Position numbers and translations under genes: made by a program. A DNA stretch of 64,000 nucleotides, taken from Planctomycetota bacterium (lineage in GTDB: Bacteria > Planctomycetota > PLA2 > JAEUHO01). Position 1 is the stretch's first letter, and each line of letters starts with the position of its first letter. The stretch lies in the NCBI GenBank assembly GCA_050248855.1, contig JBFWRP010000022.1:9897-73896 (forward strand), read 5' to 3'. This document shows positions 19,363-29,091 of this stretch, in pieces. The notes beneath the pieces are model-generated. The model saw nothing but the letters and a program-made list of their open reading frames with translations, searched no databases and was not told the origin of the DNA.

Positions 19363-20318
19363 CCGGACGCGCCCCCTCCCCCCTCGGCGGCGCTCGCTTC
19401 CGAGCGCGCGCCACCGCGGAGCAACCGCTTCACGCGGCTACCCAGGTAGCGAAGCGGCAGCGCCAAGTCGGCGCGCGGGAAGCCCGGAGCGGCCACCGCC
19501 GTCGGCCCCAGGGCCAGCGCCTTCCAGAGCGCCACGCCGCGGCCCCAGCCGTGCGGATCGCCGTAGCGGTAGGCCGTCATGTAGGCGCCGATGCGCGCCT
19601 GACGGCGCTGGCGGCGGGTGAGCAACGGACGCAACGCCTCCACCAGCTCCCACCACTCGCGCACGATGCGGTCGGCTTGGCGGTCTCTCTGCGCGCCATG
19701 TAGCCGATAGCGCGACCACACACCCTGCACGCGAAGCAGCGGATGGCGGAGCGCCATGCGGATCCACATCTCCGAGTCGCAGACGTACGGCCGGTCGGGA
19801 CGGAAGCCGCCGACATCGCGCGCGGCCTGCGTACGGAACACCGCAGAGCTCTGCATCACGTAGGAGCGCTTGGCCAGCAGGTTGTCCAGCGTGTACGGCG
19901 CCACGTTCGTCTGGCCGACACGCGCCCCCTCGGCATCGATCAGCTCGGCGTCGGCGTACACCGCGACGACGTCTGGATGGTCGTCTAGCGCCTCGACGGC
20001 TGCGTCGAGCGCTCCGGGGAGATAGAGGTCGTCGCTGCTCTGCACGGCGCAGAGCTCCGTGCGCGCCTCGCGAAGGCCTTCGGCAATCGCATCGTGGACG
20101 CCGCCATCGGGTCGCGAGCGCCATCGAAACCACGGCCGGCTCTCCCAGACCCGCAGGATGTCCACGGTCTCGTCGGTCGAGGCGGCATCCAGGACGTGGA
20201 CCGCCACGGGCTCGCGACAAGCGCTCTCGATCGACGCCAACGTCGCCTGGAGGTAGCGACCCTGCTGGAAGGAGGGCACCAACACCGTCACGCGCGGGCC
20301 CTGCGTGTCGATCCTCAC
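19359..20318 (-). CDS. Glycosyltransferase family 2
   Basis: VLVPSFQQGRY, LDAASTD, SSDDLY, DSEMWIR. Confidence 0.88.
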   Translation of the reverse strand: MRIDTQGPRVTVLVPSFQQGRYLQATLASIESACREPVAVHVLDAASTDETVDILRVWESRPWFRWRSRPDGGVHDAIAEGLREARTELCAVQSSDDLYLPGALDAAVEALDDHPDVVAVYADAELIDAEGARVGQTNVAPYTLDNLLAKRSYVMQSSAVFRTQAARDVGGFRPDRPYVCDSEMWIRMALRHPLLRVQGVWSRYRLHGAQRDRQADRIVREWWELVEALRPLLTRRQRRQARIGAYMTAYRYGDPHGWGRGVALWKALALGPTAVAAPGFPRADLALPLRYLGSRVKRLLRGGARSEASAAEGGGGASG

Positions 20319-21481
20319 GGCATGACCTCCGTCTGCACCTCGTGTGGAGGTAGCAGGACGGCTTGGAAGCTGGGCTCGACCGTCTCCGGATGCCGATCGT
20401 CCGGATGGAGGTCGACCAGGGGGATGCCCGACACATGGAGGAGGGGGTCGCGGCGCGGCTCCTGGGCGTAGACCGTGCCCGTGTAGGAACCCGGGGGGAG
20501 CAGGGGGAGGTGGATCGTGACCCGATGGCCAATGCGGGAGCCAGCTCGCGCCGTCACGACAGGCGAGCGATCGATCGTCGGCATCGACTGGAGGAGCGGC
20601 GTGCCGTCGGGCGCGTGGAACACGAAGTCCAGCGCCAGATCACGTACTTCACGCAGCACGTCCAGCTCGAGCGACACGTCCACGCACAAGCCGTCGCCAT
20701 CGGGTCGGCACGTGCCGGCAGCGCGGCCGACCCTCAGCGCGCCGGCATCCAGATGGACGACACCGCCGCGCTCACGCACGGCGTCCAGGTATCGCTCGAC
20801 GACGGCGCGTGGCGGCCCCTGGTCCACCAGGCGACCAGCGTCGAGTCGGATCGCCGTGGTGCAGAGGCTGCGGACGGCCGTCATGTCATGGCTCACGAGC
20901 AGCACGGTGCGACCCGAGCTGGCCACCTGCCCCATGCGGTCGAAGCACTTGGCACGAAACGCCGCGTCCCCCACGGCGAGCAGCTCGTCCACGATCATGA
21001 TGTCGGGCTCGAGGTGGGCGGCCACGCTGAACGCCAAGCGCAGGTACATGCCCGACGAGTAGCGCTTGACAGGCACGTCCAGGAAGTCGCCGATACCGGC
21101 GAACGCGAGGATCGAGTCGAGGCGTGCCCGGACGTCGCGCCGCCCCATCCCGTGGAGAGCGGCGTTCAGGAACACGTTCTCGCGCCCCGTCAGCTCGGGG
21201 TGGAACCCCGTCCCGACTTCCAACAGGCTCGAGACGGAACCGCGGATGATCGCGCGCCCTGCCGTAGGGTCCGTGATCCGGCTCAAGACCTTGAGCAAGG
21301 TGCTCTTGCCAGCACCATTGGACCCGAGCACGCCCAGGACGCTGCCCTCGGGCAGATCGAACGACACATCGCGTAGGGCGTGGAACTCGCGACGGGACGC
21401 CTCGGCCCGCTGGCGCCCTCGTCCCATCGCACGCACGCGGTAGGTCTTCCAGAGACCCTCGACACGAACGGCGGCGCCCAT
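20315..21481 (-). CDS. wzt: Polysaccharide ABC transporter ATPase with C-terminal extension (Wzt)
   Basis: GSNGAGKST, LEVGTGFHPELTGREN, YSSGMYLRLAFSVA, VDELLAVGD; beta-rich C-terminal domain. Confidence 0.93.
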   Translation of the reverse strand: MGAAVRVEGLWKTYRVRAMGRGRQRAEASRREFHALRDVSFDLPEGSVLGVLGSNGAGKSTLLKVLSRITDPTAGRAIIRGSVSSLLEVGTGFHPELTGRENVFLNAALHGMGRRDVRARLDSILAFAGIGDFLDVPVKRYSSGMYLRLAFSVAAHLEPDIMIVDELLAVGDAAFRAKCFDRMGQVASSGRTVLLVSHDMTAVRSLCTTAIRLDAGRLVDQGPPRAVVERYLDAVRERGGVVHLDAGALRVGRAAGTCRPDGDGLCVDVSLELDVLREVRDLALDFVFHAPDGTPLLQSMPTIDRSPVVTARAGSRIGHRVTIHLPLLPPGSYTGTVYAQEPRRDPLLHVSGIPLVDLHPDDRHPETVEPSFQAVLLPPHEVQTEVMP

Positions 21482-22374
21482 CAGATCACATCCGCAAAGT
21501 GGCGCTCGACGCGCGCGAAGACGGTGAGGCCAACGACCAGGAAGACGGCCGTAGCGGCTGCCGACATCGCGCATCCCGCCGCCGAGACGGGCGTGTCCAG
21601 GACGGTCGCGCGGAACAGCTCCACGGGAGCCGCCATGGGGTTCAGGTAGGCCCAGAGACGCAAGTGCTCCGGGAGCAGGCTCGTGGGGTACAGGACCGGC
21701 GTGACGTACATCCAGAGCTGGAGCAAGAAGGTCGTCGCGTGGCCGAAGTCGCGGTGCCGCACGACGACGCCCGCCACGAGCACGCCCACGCCGGCGGCAG
21801 CCACCGCGATCCAGACCACGATCAGGGGAGCGAGCAGCAGGGCGGAGCGGAGCGGGACGTCGTAGTACAGCAGCAAGGGCGGCAAGAGCGCGAGCGCCAC
21901 GAGGAAGTCAAGCGCAGCGGCCCCGATCGACGACAGGGGCAGGAGGATCCTCGGGAAGTACACCTTCGTGACGAACCCGCTGGCTGCCAAGACGGACTGG
22001 GATGCGGACTGGACCGAGGAGCCGAAAAGCCCCCAGGCAAGCAGGCCCGTGTACGAGAACAGGGCGTAGGGCTGGCCGTCGGAGTCCACGCGCGCCAGGC
22101 GGCCCAGGACGAACGCGAAAACAAGCATCGTCGCCAGGGGGCGGATGAGGGCCCAGAGCACGCCGAGGACGGCTTGGCGGTAGCGGCTGCGGATGTCGCG
22201 CCACATCAGCGCGAAGAACAGCTCGCGCCACCCCCACAGTCCCCGCAGCCCCAGCCCGGCCCATCCGGACCGCGGCTCGAGGACGAGCACGCTCGTCGCG
22301 TCCGCCTCGGCCGCGCCCCGAGGCGAGACGGTCCCTGCGTGCGAGGGCTCGTGCGAGTCCGGCGGTCCCGACAT
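21481..22374 (-). CDS. wzm: Polysaccharide ABC transporter permease (Wzm)
   Basis: RDIRSRYRQAVLGVLW, KVYFPR, TPVLYP, LNPM, ERHFADVI. Confidence 0.93.
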   Translation of the reverse strand: MSGPPDSHEPSHAGTVSPRGAAEADATSVLVLEPRSGWAGLGLRGLWGWRELFFALMWRDIRSRYRQAVLGVLWALIRPLATMLVFAFVLGRLARVDSDGQPYALFSYTGLLAWGLFGSSVQSASQSVLAASGFVTKVYFPRILLPLSSIGAAALDFLVALALLPPLLLYYDVPLRSALLLAPLIVVWIAVAAAGVGVLVAGVVVRHRDFGHATTFLLQLWMYVTPVLYPTSLLPEHLRLWAYLNPMAAPVELFRATVLDTPVSAAGCAMSAAATAVFLVVGLTVFARVERHFADVI

Positions 22375-22686
22375 CAGCGGCCCAGGTCTCGGGCCCAGGC
22401 GCCAGCAGTCCAGCGCACCGTACCGCGTGCCTGGCCTGCCTCCCGCTGCGTGGACATGGGCGCGGGTCCCTCCTGGTAGACCGTCACGCGATGGCGGAGC
22501 CCCGCGGCTCGCGGGTGGGCCTGCACCGCGAGCATAGGGGAAGACGGAAAGCCTCCACGCACTCTCCGCAGGCCAGGTCGAGGCGAGAGGGCCGGGTGAC
22601 GCCCACTGGCGTGGCGACGCGTCCCCCTCGGAGCCTGGGAAGAAGTTCCGGGCTCGAGCGTCGGCCTGCCTTGGCAGGCCGCGCCA

Positions 22687-23664
22687 TCAGGCACCTGGGA
22701 GGCTGAGCCGGCAGTTCTGCTCGGCCCCTCGACCGTGGTCGCAGCAGAGCCAGACCGCATCCTGCCCGGCGACAAGGGCCCGTGCTCCGTCGCCAGCAGG
22801 ATCGGCGACCTCGACCAAGGCGCGGCCCAGGCCGTAGCGGGATGCCATGCGTCGCAGCCGTCCGGGCGAAGCCGCCTCCGCGGAAGCGAACAGGCGACTA
22901 CGCGGATAGAGTGGTGCAAGGTCGCCAAGCAGCGCGTCGTAGCTGAAGCCGTGCGCCCGCACGAGCTGGGGGTGGAACTCGATCCAGAGCACGGGGCGCT
23001 GGCGCCGGATCAGCTCGCGCGCGCCTTCCAGCACGGCGCCCTCGTAACCCTCGACATCGATCTTGACGAAGTCAACCGGGCGGTCGCGCAGCTCGTCGAG
23101 CGTGACGACCGGGCAGAGGTGGGGGCCGCCGTCCCCCTCGGCCACGCCACCGTTGATGCCGGACAGGAACGAGACCACTCCGGCGCGCGCACCCACGGCG
23201 ACCGGGCGGACCGTGACCTGGGCGAGCCCGTTGCGCGCGATGTTGGCCTCCAGCTCGGGCAGGTTCTCCGGCGACGGCTCGTAGGCCACGACCTGGCCCG
23301 ACGTGCCGACGCGGGAACACAGGAACAGCGTCCAGTACCCGATGTTGGCGCCGACATCCACGGCGACCATTCCTGGCGCGAGGAGCGAACGGACCACGCT
23401 CGCTTCCGGCAGGCTGCGCTCGCCCAGCAGGAACACGAGCCGCTGCGCGAGCGACCGACTCACGTCCACATGGAGACGGTGTCCGAACCAGGACCGCGAG
23501 ACGACGTCCGGCGGTCCCCCGAGCCGGGGGCCGAACACGCGGCCGGCGCGGGCAACGTCCGCGCTGCGCAGGAGGAAGCTCGCCCACTGCCCGCGGCGCT
23601 CCCGCGCGGATGTAGGTCGTGCGTCGGGGAGCGCCCAGGGGCCAGCAACGGGCTCGGTCGTCAT
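22687..23664 (-). CDS. FkbM-family SAM-dependent methyltransferase
   Basis: VDVGANIG, YEPSP, KIDVEGYE; start 23664 or 23676. Confidence 0.88.
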   Translation of the reverse strand: MTTEPVAGPWALPDARPTSARERRGQWASFLLRSADVARAGRVFGPRLGGPPDVVSRSWFGHRLHVDVSRSLAQRLVFLLGERSLPEASVVRSLLAPGMVAVDVGANIGYWTLFLCSRVGTSGQVVAYEPSPENLPELEANIARNGLAQVTVRPVAVGARAGVVSFLSGINGGVAEGDGGPHLCPVVTLDELRDRPVDFVKIDVEGYEGAVLEGARELIRRQRPVLWIEFHPQLVRAHGFSYDALLGDLAPLYPRSRLFASAEAASPGRLRRMASRYGLGRALVEVADPAGDGARALVAGQDAVWLCCDHGRGAEQNCRLSLPGA

Positions 23665-23828
23665 GACGCATGACATCTATACGGCAGTCCCGTCGCCAGA
23701 GCGCATCGCCGCTGCGGGGAGGGATGGCAAGACGCGCGGGTCCAAGGCACGGCGCGTATCGTGGGAGCGCCGCCGCGAAGCGGGGGGGGCTGCGCCGCCG
23801 CGCAACCAGGACTCGAGGATTCCGATCC

Positions 23829-24803
23829 ATGCAGCCCGTCGGCGCCACACCCGACATGAGCGTGGTGCTGGGCGTCTACGAGGGACGCGAGCAGCTCGCG
23901 GCCTCGTTCGAGAGCGTGCTCACGCAGCGTGGCCCCCGCTTCGAGGTGGTGGTGGTCAACGATGGATCGGGCGACGAGACGACCGCGTGGCTCCGCGACC
24001 TCGCACGGCGAGACGCTCGGGTCGTGCTGCTGGAGCAGGCCAACGCCGGTCTCACCGCCGCCCTGATGCGAGGGTGCCGCGAGGCGCGTGCACCGGTCAT
24101 CGTGCGCCAAGACATCGGTGACCGGAGCCTCCCCGGGCGCTTCGAGGCGCTGCTGGACGCACTTCACGCCTCGAGCGCCACCGTCATGGCGTCCAGCTGG
24201 GTCCGGCTTCTCGGGCCCATGGGCGAGCCGTTGGTCACGGTCCGCAGGGCGGCGGACCCCGAGTACAACCGTCGCCAGCTTCTCGAGCACCTGCTGGGGC
24301 CTCCGTGTCATGGCGCTACGGCGTTCCGGCGGGATGCCTTCGAGCAGGTGGGCGGCTATCGCCCACGGTTCCTCTTCGCGCAGGACGGCGACCTGTGGCT
24401 TCGCCTGGCCGAGCGCGGCGGCTTCGCGTGTGTCCAGCGCGTCCTGTACGAGTGGGTCTACGACCTCGCCGGCATCTCGGGTACACGGCAGGTCGCGCAG
24501 GCCGCCTTCGGCGAGTACGCGCACGCCTGCCGCGCCGCGCGTCTTGCCGGGCGGCCGGATCCGCCGCCCCCATCCATCGATCGGGCGCCCACCTCGGAGG
24601 CGGAGCGTCGAGCCGCCCGGGCGGCAGCGCTGTACTTCGTGGGTGCGTGCTTGGACGCGCGGGGCGACCCGCGCGGTCGGGCCTACCTGCGGCAGGCGGT
24701 GGCCTCGCGTCCGGCGAGCGTGCGCACATGGCTGCGGTGGCTGTGGGCGCTCAGGCCCCTGCGCTCGAGCGCGGCCAGCGAGGGCGTGGAGCCCAGGTCG
24801 TGA
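23829..24803 (+). CDS. Glycosyltransferase family 2
   Basis: SVVLGVYEG, VVNDGSGD, RQDIGDRSLPGR, QDGDLWLRL. Confidence 0.88.
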   Translation: MQPVGATPDMSVVLGVYEGREQLAASFESVLTQRGPRFEVVVVNDGSGDETTAWLRDLARRDARVVLLEQANAGLTAALMRGCREARAPVIVRQDIGDRSLPGRFEALLDALHASSATVMASSWVRLLGPMGEPLVTVRRAADPEYNRRQLLEHLLGPPCHGATAFRRDAFEQVGGYRPRFLFAQDGDLWLRLAERGGFACVQRVLYEWVYDLAGISGTRQVAQAAFGEYAHACRAARLAGRPDPPPPSIDRAPTSEAERRAARAAALYFVGACLDARGDPRGRAYLRQAVASRPASVRTWLRWLWALRPLRSSAASEGVEPRS

Positions 24804-24849
24804 GCGTCGCCACGCAAGTCCACCACAGGGCCCGGGGGGGAATCCGACC

Positions 24850-26025
24850 ATGAGGATCCTCACGGTGGCGGATACGCCGCGGGCCATCGACTCCGGGGCC
24901 GCGGGCACGGACGTCCAGACGATCGAAGCGCTGCGTCGTCGCGGGCACGATGTCGTGGAGGTCTGGGCCGACGAGCTCGGCCGGCGCATCCGCCACGGCA
25001 ACCTCCACTACGCGTTCGAAGCACCCGGCGCCATCCTCCGCGCCGTCCGACGCCACCTCGCCGACTCCTCGTTCGATGTCGTCCTGGCGAGCCAACCGCA
25101 CGGGTTCCGCGCGGCACGCTGGCTGGGCCACAACCATCCGCACACGGCCTTCGTCAACCGAAGCCATGGATGGGAGACCCACGTCGAGGAAGCCGTCGCG
25201 CCGCATCGACACACCTTCGGCGAACCACGGTGGACCCGAGGCCGGGCTTGGTTGGGCAGGCTCCTGGGCCGGCTGCTCGATGGGCACTGCACGGCGACGG
25301 CCCGCGCGAGCGACGGCATCATCGTGAGCACGTCGTCCTGCAGGCAGTACATCCTCCAGCACTACGGCCTGGACCCTGCGCGCGTGGCCCACATCGCCCA
25401 AGCGGCGCCCGACGCGTATCGCGAGCTGCCGCTCCCCGTCCGTCAGCCCGATCGGCCCGCGCGCATCCTGTTGGTCTCGTCGGCGGCGTTCTTCAAGGGC
25501 TTGCCCGTGGCACGGAGCACCTTGCGCACGCTGCTCGCAGACCGTCCGCACATCTCCGTCACGTGGGTCACCGACGAGCGCGCGCTCCGCGACTGGATGG
25601 GTCCGGACGACGAGCCCTTGTGCCAGCGGATCGCCTGGCTGGGTGGCCTGTCCCAGGGCGAGCTCATGCGCGTCTACGACGAGCACGACATCTTCCTGTT
25701 CCCCTCCTTCTTCGAGGGCTTCGGGAAGGCCTTTCTCGAAGCGATGTCGCGAGGCCTGTGCGTCGTGGCATCCGACGTGGGTGGCATGCACGACGTGATC
25801 ACGCAGGAGCACGACGGCCTGCTCTGCCCTGCGGGCGACGCCATCGCCTTCGCGGAGGCACTGCGTCGCGTCGTGGACGACGGCACCCTGCGGATGCGTC
25901 TCGCCGCCCGCGCGCGCCAGACGGCGCTGACGTACTCCTGGGACCGCGTGGGCCGGGAGACCGAGGCGTTCTGCGAGGCGCGGCTGCAGGCGCGGCTCGC
26001 GGCGGCAGGGACGGAAGCGCCTTGA
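24850..26025 (+). CDS. Glycosyltransferase family 4
   Basis: FLFPSFFEGFGKAFLEAMSRG, SDVGG, YSWD. Confidence 0.9.
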   Translation: MRILTVADTPRAIDSGAAGTDVQTIEALRRRGHDVVEVWADELGRRIRHGNLHYAFEAPGAILRAVRRHLADSSFDVVLASQPHGFRAARWLGHNHPHTAFVNRSHGWETHVEEAVAPHRHTFGEPRWTRGRAWLGRLLGRLLDGHCTATARASDGIIVSTSSCRQYILQHYGLDPARVAHIAQAAPDAYRELPLPVRQPDRPARILLVSSAAFFKGLPVARSTLRTLLADRPHISVTWVTDERALRDWMGPDDEPLCQRIAWLGGLSQGELMRVYDEHDIFLFPSFFEGFGKAFLEAMSRGLCVVASDVGGMHDVITQEHDGLLCPAGDAIAFAEALRRVVDDGTLRMRLAARARQTALTYSWDRVGRETEAFCEARLQARLAAAGTEAP

Positions 26026-26046
26026 GGGTGCACGCGGGCTGCGCCG

Positions 26047-27408
26047 TCAGACGGGGCGAAACGCCGCCGCCAGCGCGGTGTACTCCTCCCCCATGGCCTC
26101 GCGATCCCCATCGCTCAGGTAGCCGGCGTACGCGTGCGTCACGAGGCCGCGGGTCCACGGCTGGCCGCGCTGGCGCACGAGGTCGGCGATGGCGCCCTCG
26201 AGCTTCTTCGTGGCCACGTGGCAGCCCGTGTGGGCTTCGGCCCAAGCCCGCGCGGGAAAGCCTTCCGGGTGGTCGAGGACGCGGGCCAGGGCGGGGGCCA
26301 GGGCGTCGTCTTCGGCCAAGAGGCCATTCTGCGGCGTGATCTGCTCGAGGTTCACGCCGCGGTGGTGACGATAGACCACGGTGGGCGTGTCGGCCATCCA
26401 GCACTCGTAGATGCCGCGGTTGGCTCCCTCACGTCGGCTCATCAGCACGCCGACGCGGCTGTCGGCCACGGCCCGTGCGACCTCGCCGTAGGGCACGCGG
26501 TCAAGCCAGTCGACGTCCTCGACCAGCCCATGGCGACGCGCGAGCTTCTCGACGTGGGCCTTCGTCCAGCCCATGTCGTAGCCCACGAGCAGCAGCCGCA
26601 CGCGGCGCCCCTCGCGACGCAGGCGGGCCACGGCGCGGAAGATCACGTCATGGCGCTTGAGCCGATCCCACGCACCCACCGCCACGACGTCGTAGGCGCG
26701 GTCGGCCCTCGGCGTCGGCTGGAACAGCGCCGGGTTGACCCAGTCGCCGGCGCCGAGGCGCACGGGGTGGAGGTTGGACCGCAGGCCCTCGATGAAGGCG
26801 AAGTCGTGCTCGTTCTGGGCCTGCACGATGACATCGAGGTCGCTGCCGAGGTACGGCAGGAACGCCGGGTCCATGTAGCCCCACGTGCTGGGCTCGAGCA
26901 CGATCACGTACTTCCCGGCCAGCTTCGCCAGGTCGTAGAGCCGCGGCAGCCATTCGATGCCGTGGTTGTAGGTGACGTAGAGCACGCCGGGCTCGCCCGT
27001 TGCCGGGTCGTGGCGCTTGAGCACGAGCAGGTCGCCCTGGCGGCTGGCCGGCGCGTCCGGACGCGGGGTGCGCAAGCGCAGCCGGTCGTCGTCGGGGTAG
27101 GCGGCGAACTGCCGGCGCAGGGACTTCGCCTCGGGCAGCGTGTTCACGATGCGCGCGAACTCGTTCTCGGCGACGGGCCGCCAGCCCCCGGGCCCCCCGG
27201 CGCCCTCGCGTACGACCCGCTCCCAGGCCGAAGCGAGTCGTGCGGGGGCTGGATCCGGCCAGCCGTGCTTCCACGCGGCCAGCAGCCAGGTGGCCTCGGC
27301 GAGGAGGTCGCCCCGGGCTGCCTCGGCCTTGCGCAAGGCCCGCCGGACGTAGGCCCGGCGCAGGACCCGGGTCTCGTGGACGAGCTCCTGGAGGCGCTGG
27401 CGGCTCAC
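26047..27408 (-). CDS. Glycosyltransferase family 4-like with N-terminal extension
   Basis: KRHD, SRREGANRGIYEC (EX7E); GGAGGA RBS before GTG 27408. Confidence 0.75.
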   Translation of the reverse strand: MSRQRLQELVHETRVLRRAYVRRALRKAEAARGDLLAEATWLLAAWKHGWPDPAPARLASAWERVVREGAGGPGGWRPVAENEFARIVNTLPEAKSLRRQFAAYPDDDRLRLRTPRPDAPASRQGDLLVLKRHDPATGEPGVLYVTYNHGIEWLPRLYDLAKLAGKYVIVLEPSTWGYMDPAFLPYLGSDLDVIVQAQNEHDFAFIEGLRSNLHPVRLGAGDWVNPALFQPTPRADRAYDVVAVGAWDRLKRHDVIFRAVARLRREGRRVRLLLVGYDMGWTKAHVEKLARRHGLVEDVDWLDRVPYGEVARAVADSRVGVLMSRREGANRGIYECWMADTPTVVYRHHRGVNLEQITPQNGLLAEDDALAPALARVLDHPEGFPARAWAEAHTGCHVATKKLEGAIADLVRQRGQPWTRGLVTHAYAGYLSDGDREAMGEEYTALAAAFRPV

Positions 27409-27568
27409 GATCCTCCGGGGGTTGGCCGATGGCAGGAGGGTAGGGAGGGGCAGAAGCCCCTGGCAGGGGGCGGGTCGGTCCCCCAGCATGGTCATCCACC
27501 GGGGGCGGCTGCATCTTGGCGGGACGGTGTCCCATCGGCACCTTCGGTCTGCAGGGAGGAGTCACGAC

Positions 27569-28618
27569 GTGATCCATCTGCCCGGGCTTCGACGAGGCTC
27601 GATCGTGGCGAGCCTGTTCTTGGCGACTTGTCTTTCCGGCGCCGCGCACGGCGACGACGGCGTGTCGATCGCCGATGCACCCGGCGGCGGCAAGACCGCC
27701 GGCTGGACGACGCCGCCTCCGCCCACGGTGCGCCGCGTCTCGGGACCCGCGCGTCCCCAGCCGACGCCCCGTCCGGCGAACCCACCGACCGTGGTGGCGC
27801 CGACGCCCCCGAGCGGCTTCACGCCCCCGTCGGCGCCGCCGATGGACGGCTGGCCGGCGCCGAGCGGCGTCGAGATCCCTGCTCCGGCGCCGCAAGCACC
27901 CGTCATCGCCGCGCCGGCTCCCGGCACGCGCCGCCGCAGCGTGGCCGCCGCACGCGGGGCCATGCGCAACGACGTTCCGCCGGTCACCTTCCGCTTCGCC
28001 GTCGGCGACACGATGCGCGTCTCGATCTGGGACGACGAGAGCCAGACGGGCACCATCGACCTCGAGCAGCGCGTCTTGCGTGACGGCACGATCACGCCGA
28101 TCTGGCTCGAGCCCGTGAGGGTGGCGGGTCTGTCGATCCAGGAAGTGCGCGACCTGCTCGTGGATCGCTACCTCCTCTACTACGAGCCGCCGATCCGCAT
28201 CACGATCGGCGTCGTGTCCGTGCACGCCGAACGCGCGTTCGTGCTGGGTGAGGTCGGGGCGCCGACGGCGATCGAGCTCACCGGCCCCACGACGGCTCTG
28301 CAGGCCCTGGCCCAGGCGGGCAGCGCGATCCCCGGCGTGGGTGACCTGGAGCGCGTCAAGCTGATCCGCAACTGCGAAGGCTGCGGCAGCGCCCCGCGCG
28401 TGTACACGCTCAACCTCTCGCGCACGCTGGTCGGCCGTGGACGCACCGTCACCTTGCAACCCGGCGACGTCCTCTACGTACCCACGCGCGGCGTCATCGA
28501 CTGGACCCGCGATCTGGGCGCGATCCTCGCGCCACTGGGCAACCTGCTCGGAGGCGTGGGGAGTGCCGCGACGACGTATTTGGCCATCGACGAGGCCGGT
28601 GACGACAACGGGAACTGA
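27569..28618 (+). CDS. Second polysaccharide export protein (Poly_export + SLBB) with Pro-rich N-terminus
   Basis: Signal peptide, Pro-rich linker, FRFAVGDTMRVSIW, VLRDGTIT, VLGEVGAP, LQPGDVLYVP; GGAGGA RBS before GTG 27569. Confidence 0.85.
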   Translation: MIHLPGLRRGSIVASLFLATCLSGAAHGDDGVSIADAPGGGKTAGWTTPPPPTVRRVSGPARPQPTPRPANPPTVVAPTPPSGFTPPSAPPMDGWPAPSGVEIPAPAPQAPVIAAPAPGTRRRSVAAARGAMRNDVPPVTFRFAVGDTMRVSIWDDESQTGTIDLEQRVLRDGTITPIWLEPVRVAGLSIQEVRDLLVDRYLLYYEPPIRITIGVVSVHAERAFVLGEVGAPTAIELTGPTTALQALAQAGSAIPGVGDLERVKLIRNCEGCGSAPRVYTLNLSRTLVGRGRTVTLQPGDVLYVPTRGVIDWTRDLGAILAPLGNLLGGVGSAATTYLAIDEAGDDNGN

Positions 28619-29091
28619 CGTGTGCAGCGACCGACGTTCTCCGGACCCTCTCCCCGGGCGGAGATAGGCGTTGCGCCATGCACGGCGGCCAGGGCCCCCC
28701 GGGGTGGAGCGGAGAGCACGCCGCTACGAGGCCCCCGGGCATCGGCACGAGTGGCGGGCCGGGCGAACGTCCGGTCCGGCGCTGGCCTCCTGACCGTCAG
28801 GGACCCCAAGGCGCGTGGGGGCGTGGCGCCGCGAACGGCGCGGAGCCCGCAACCGGAGGGCGTCTGCGAACAGTGCCTGACCCGTCGTAGGCCGGGGCGC
28901 CGCGTACCAACCACTCGCCCAAGCCGGCTTGGAGGTGGCAATGGCCGGCGCGGCCTTGCAGACTCCAGCGCGATCGCGTGGCGAGGAGTCCGTGCTCACG
29001 CGGCGTGGGATCCCCGGCATCTCCGGGATCGATGGGCCGCGCGGGGCGCACCGCGGCTGCCAAGCGGCGAAGCAGGAGGGCGCCAGCGGCC

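Noticed and set aside
22174..22184. GGCGGTAG ops/JUMPstart-like motif
   Set aside because: Lies inside wzm coding sequence on the non-coding strand.
28936..28960. Sigma-54-like GG...TTGCA promoter
   Set aside because: GG-to-GC spacing is 9 nt rather than the required 10.
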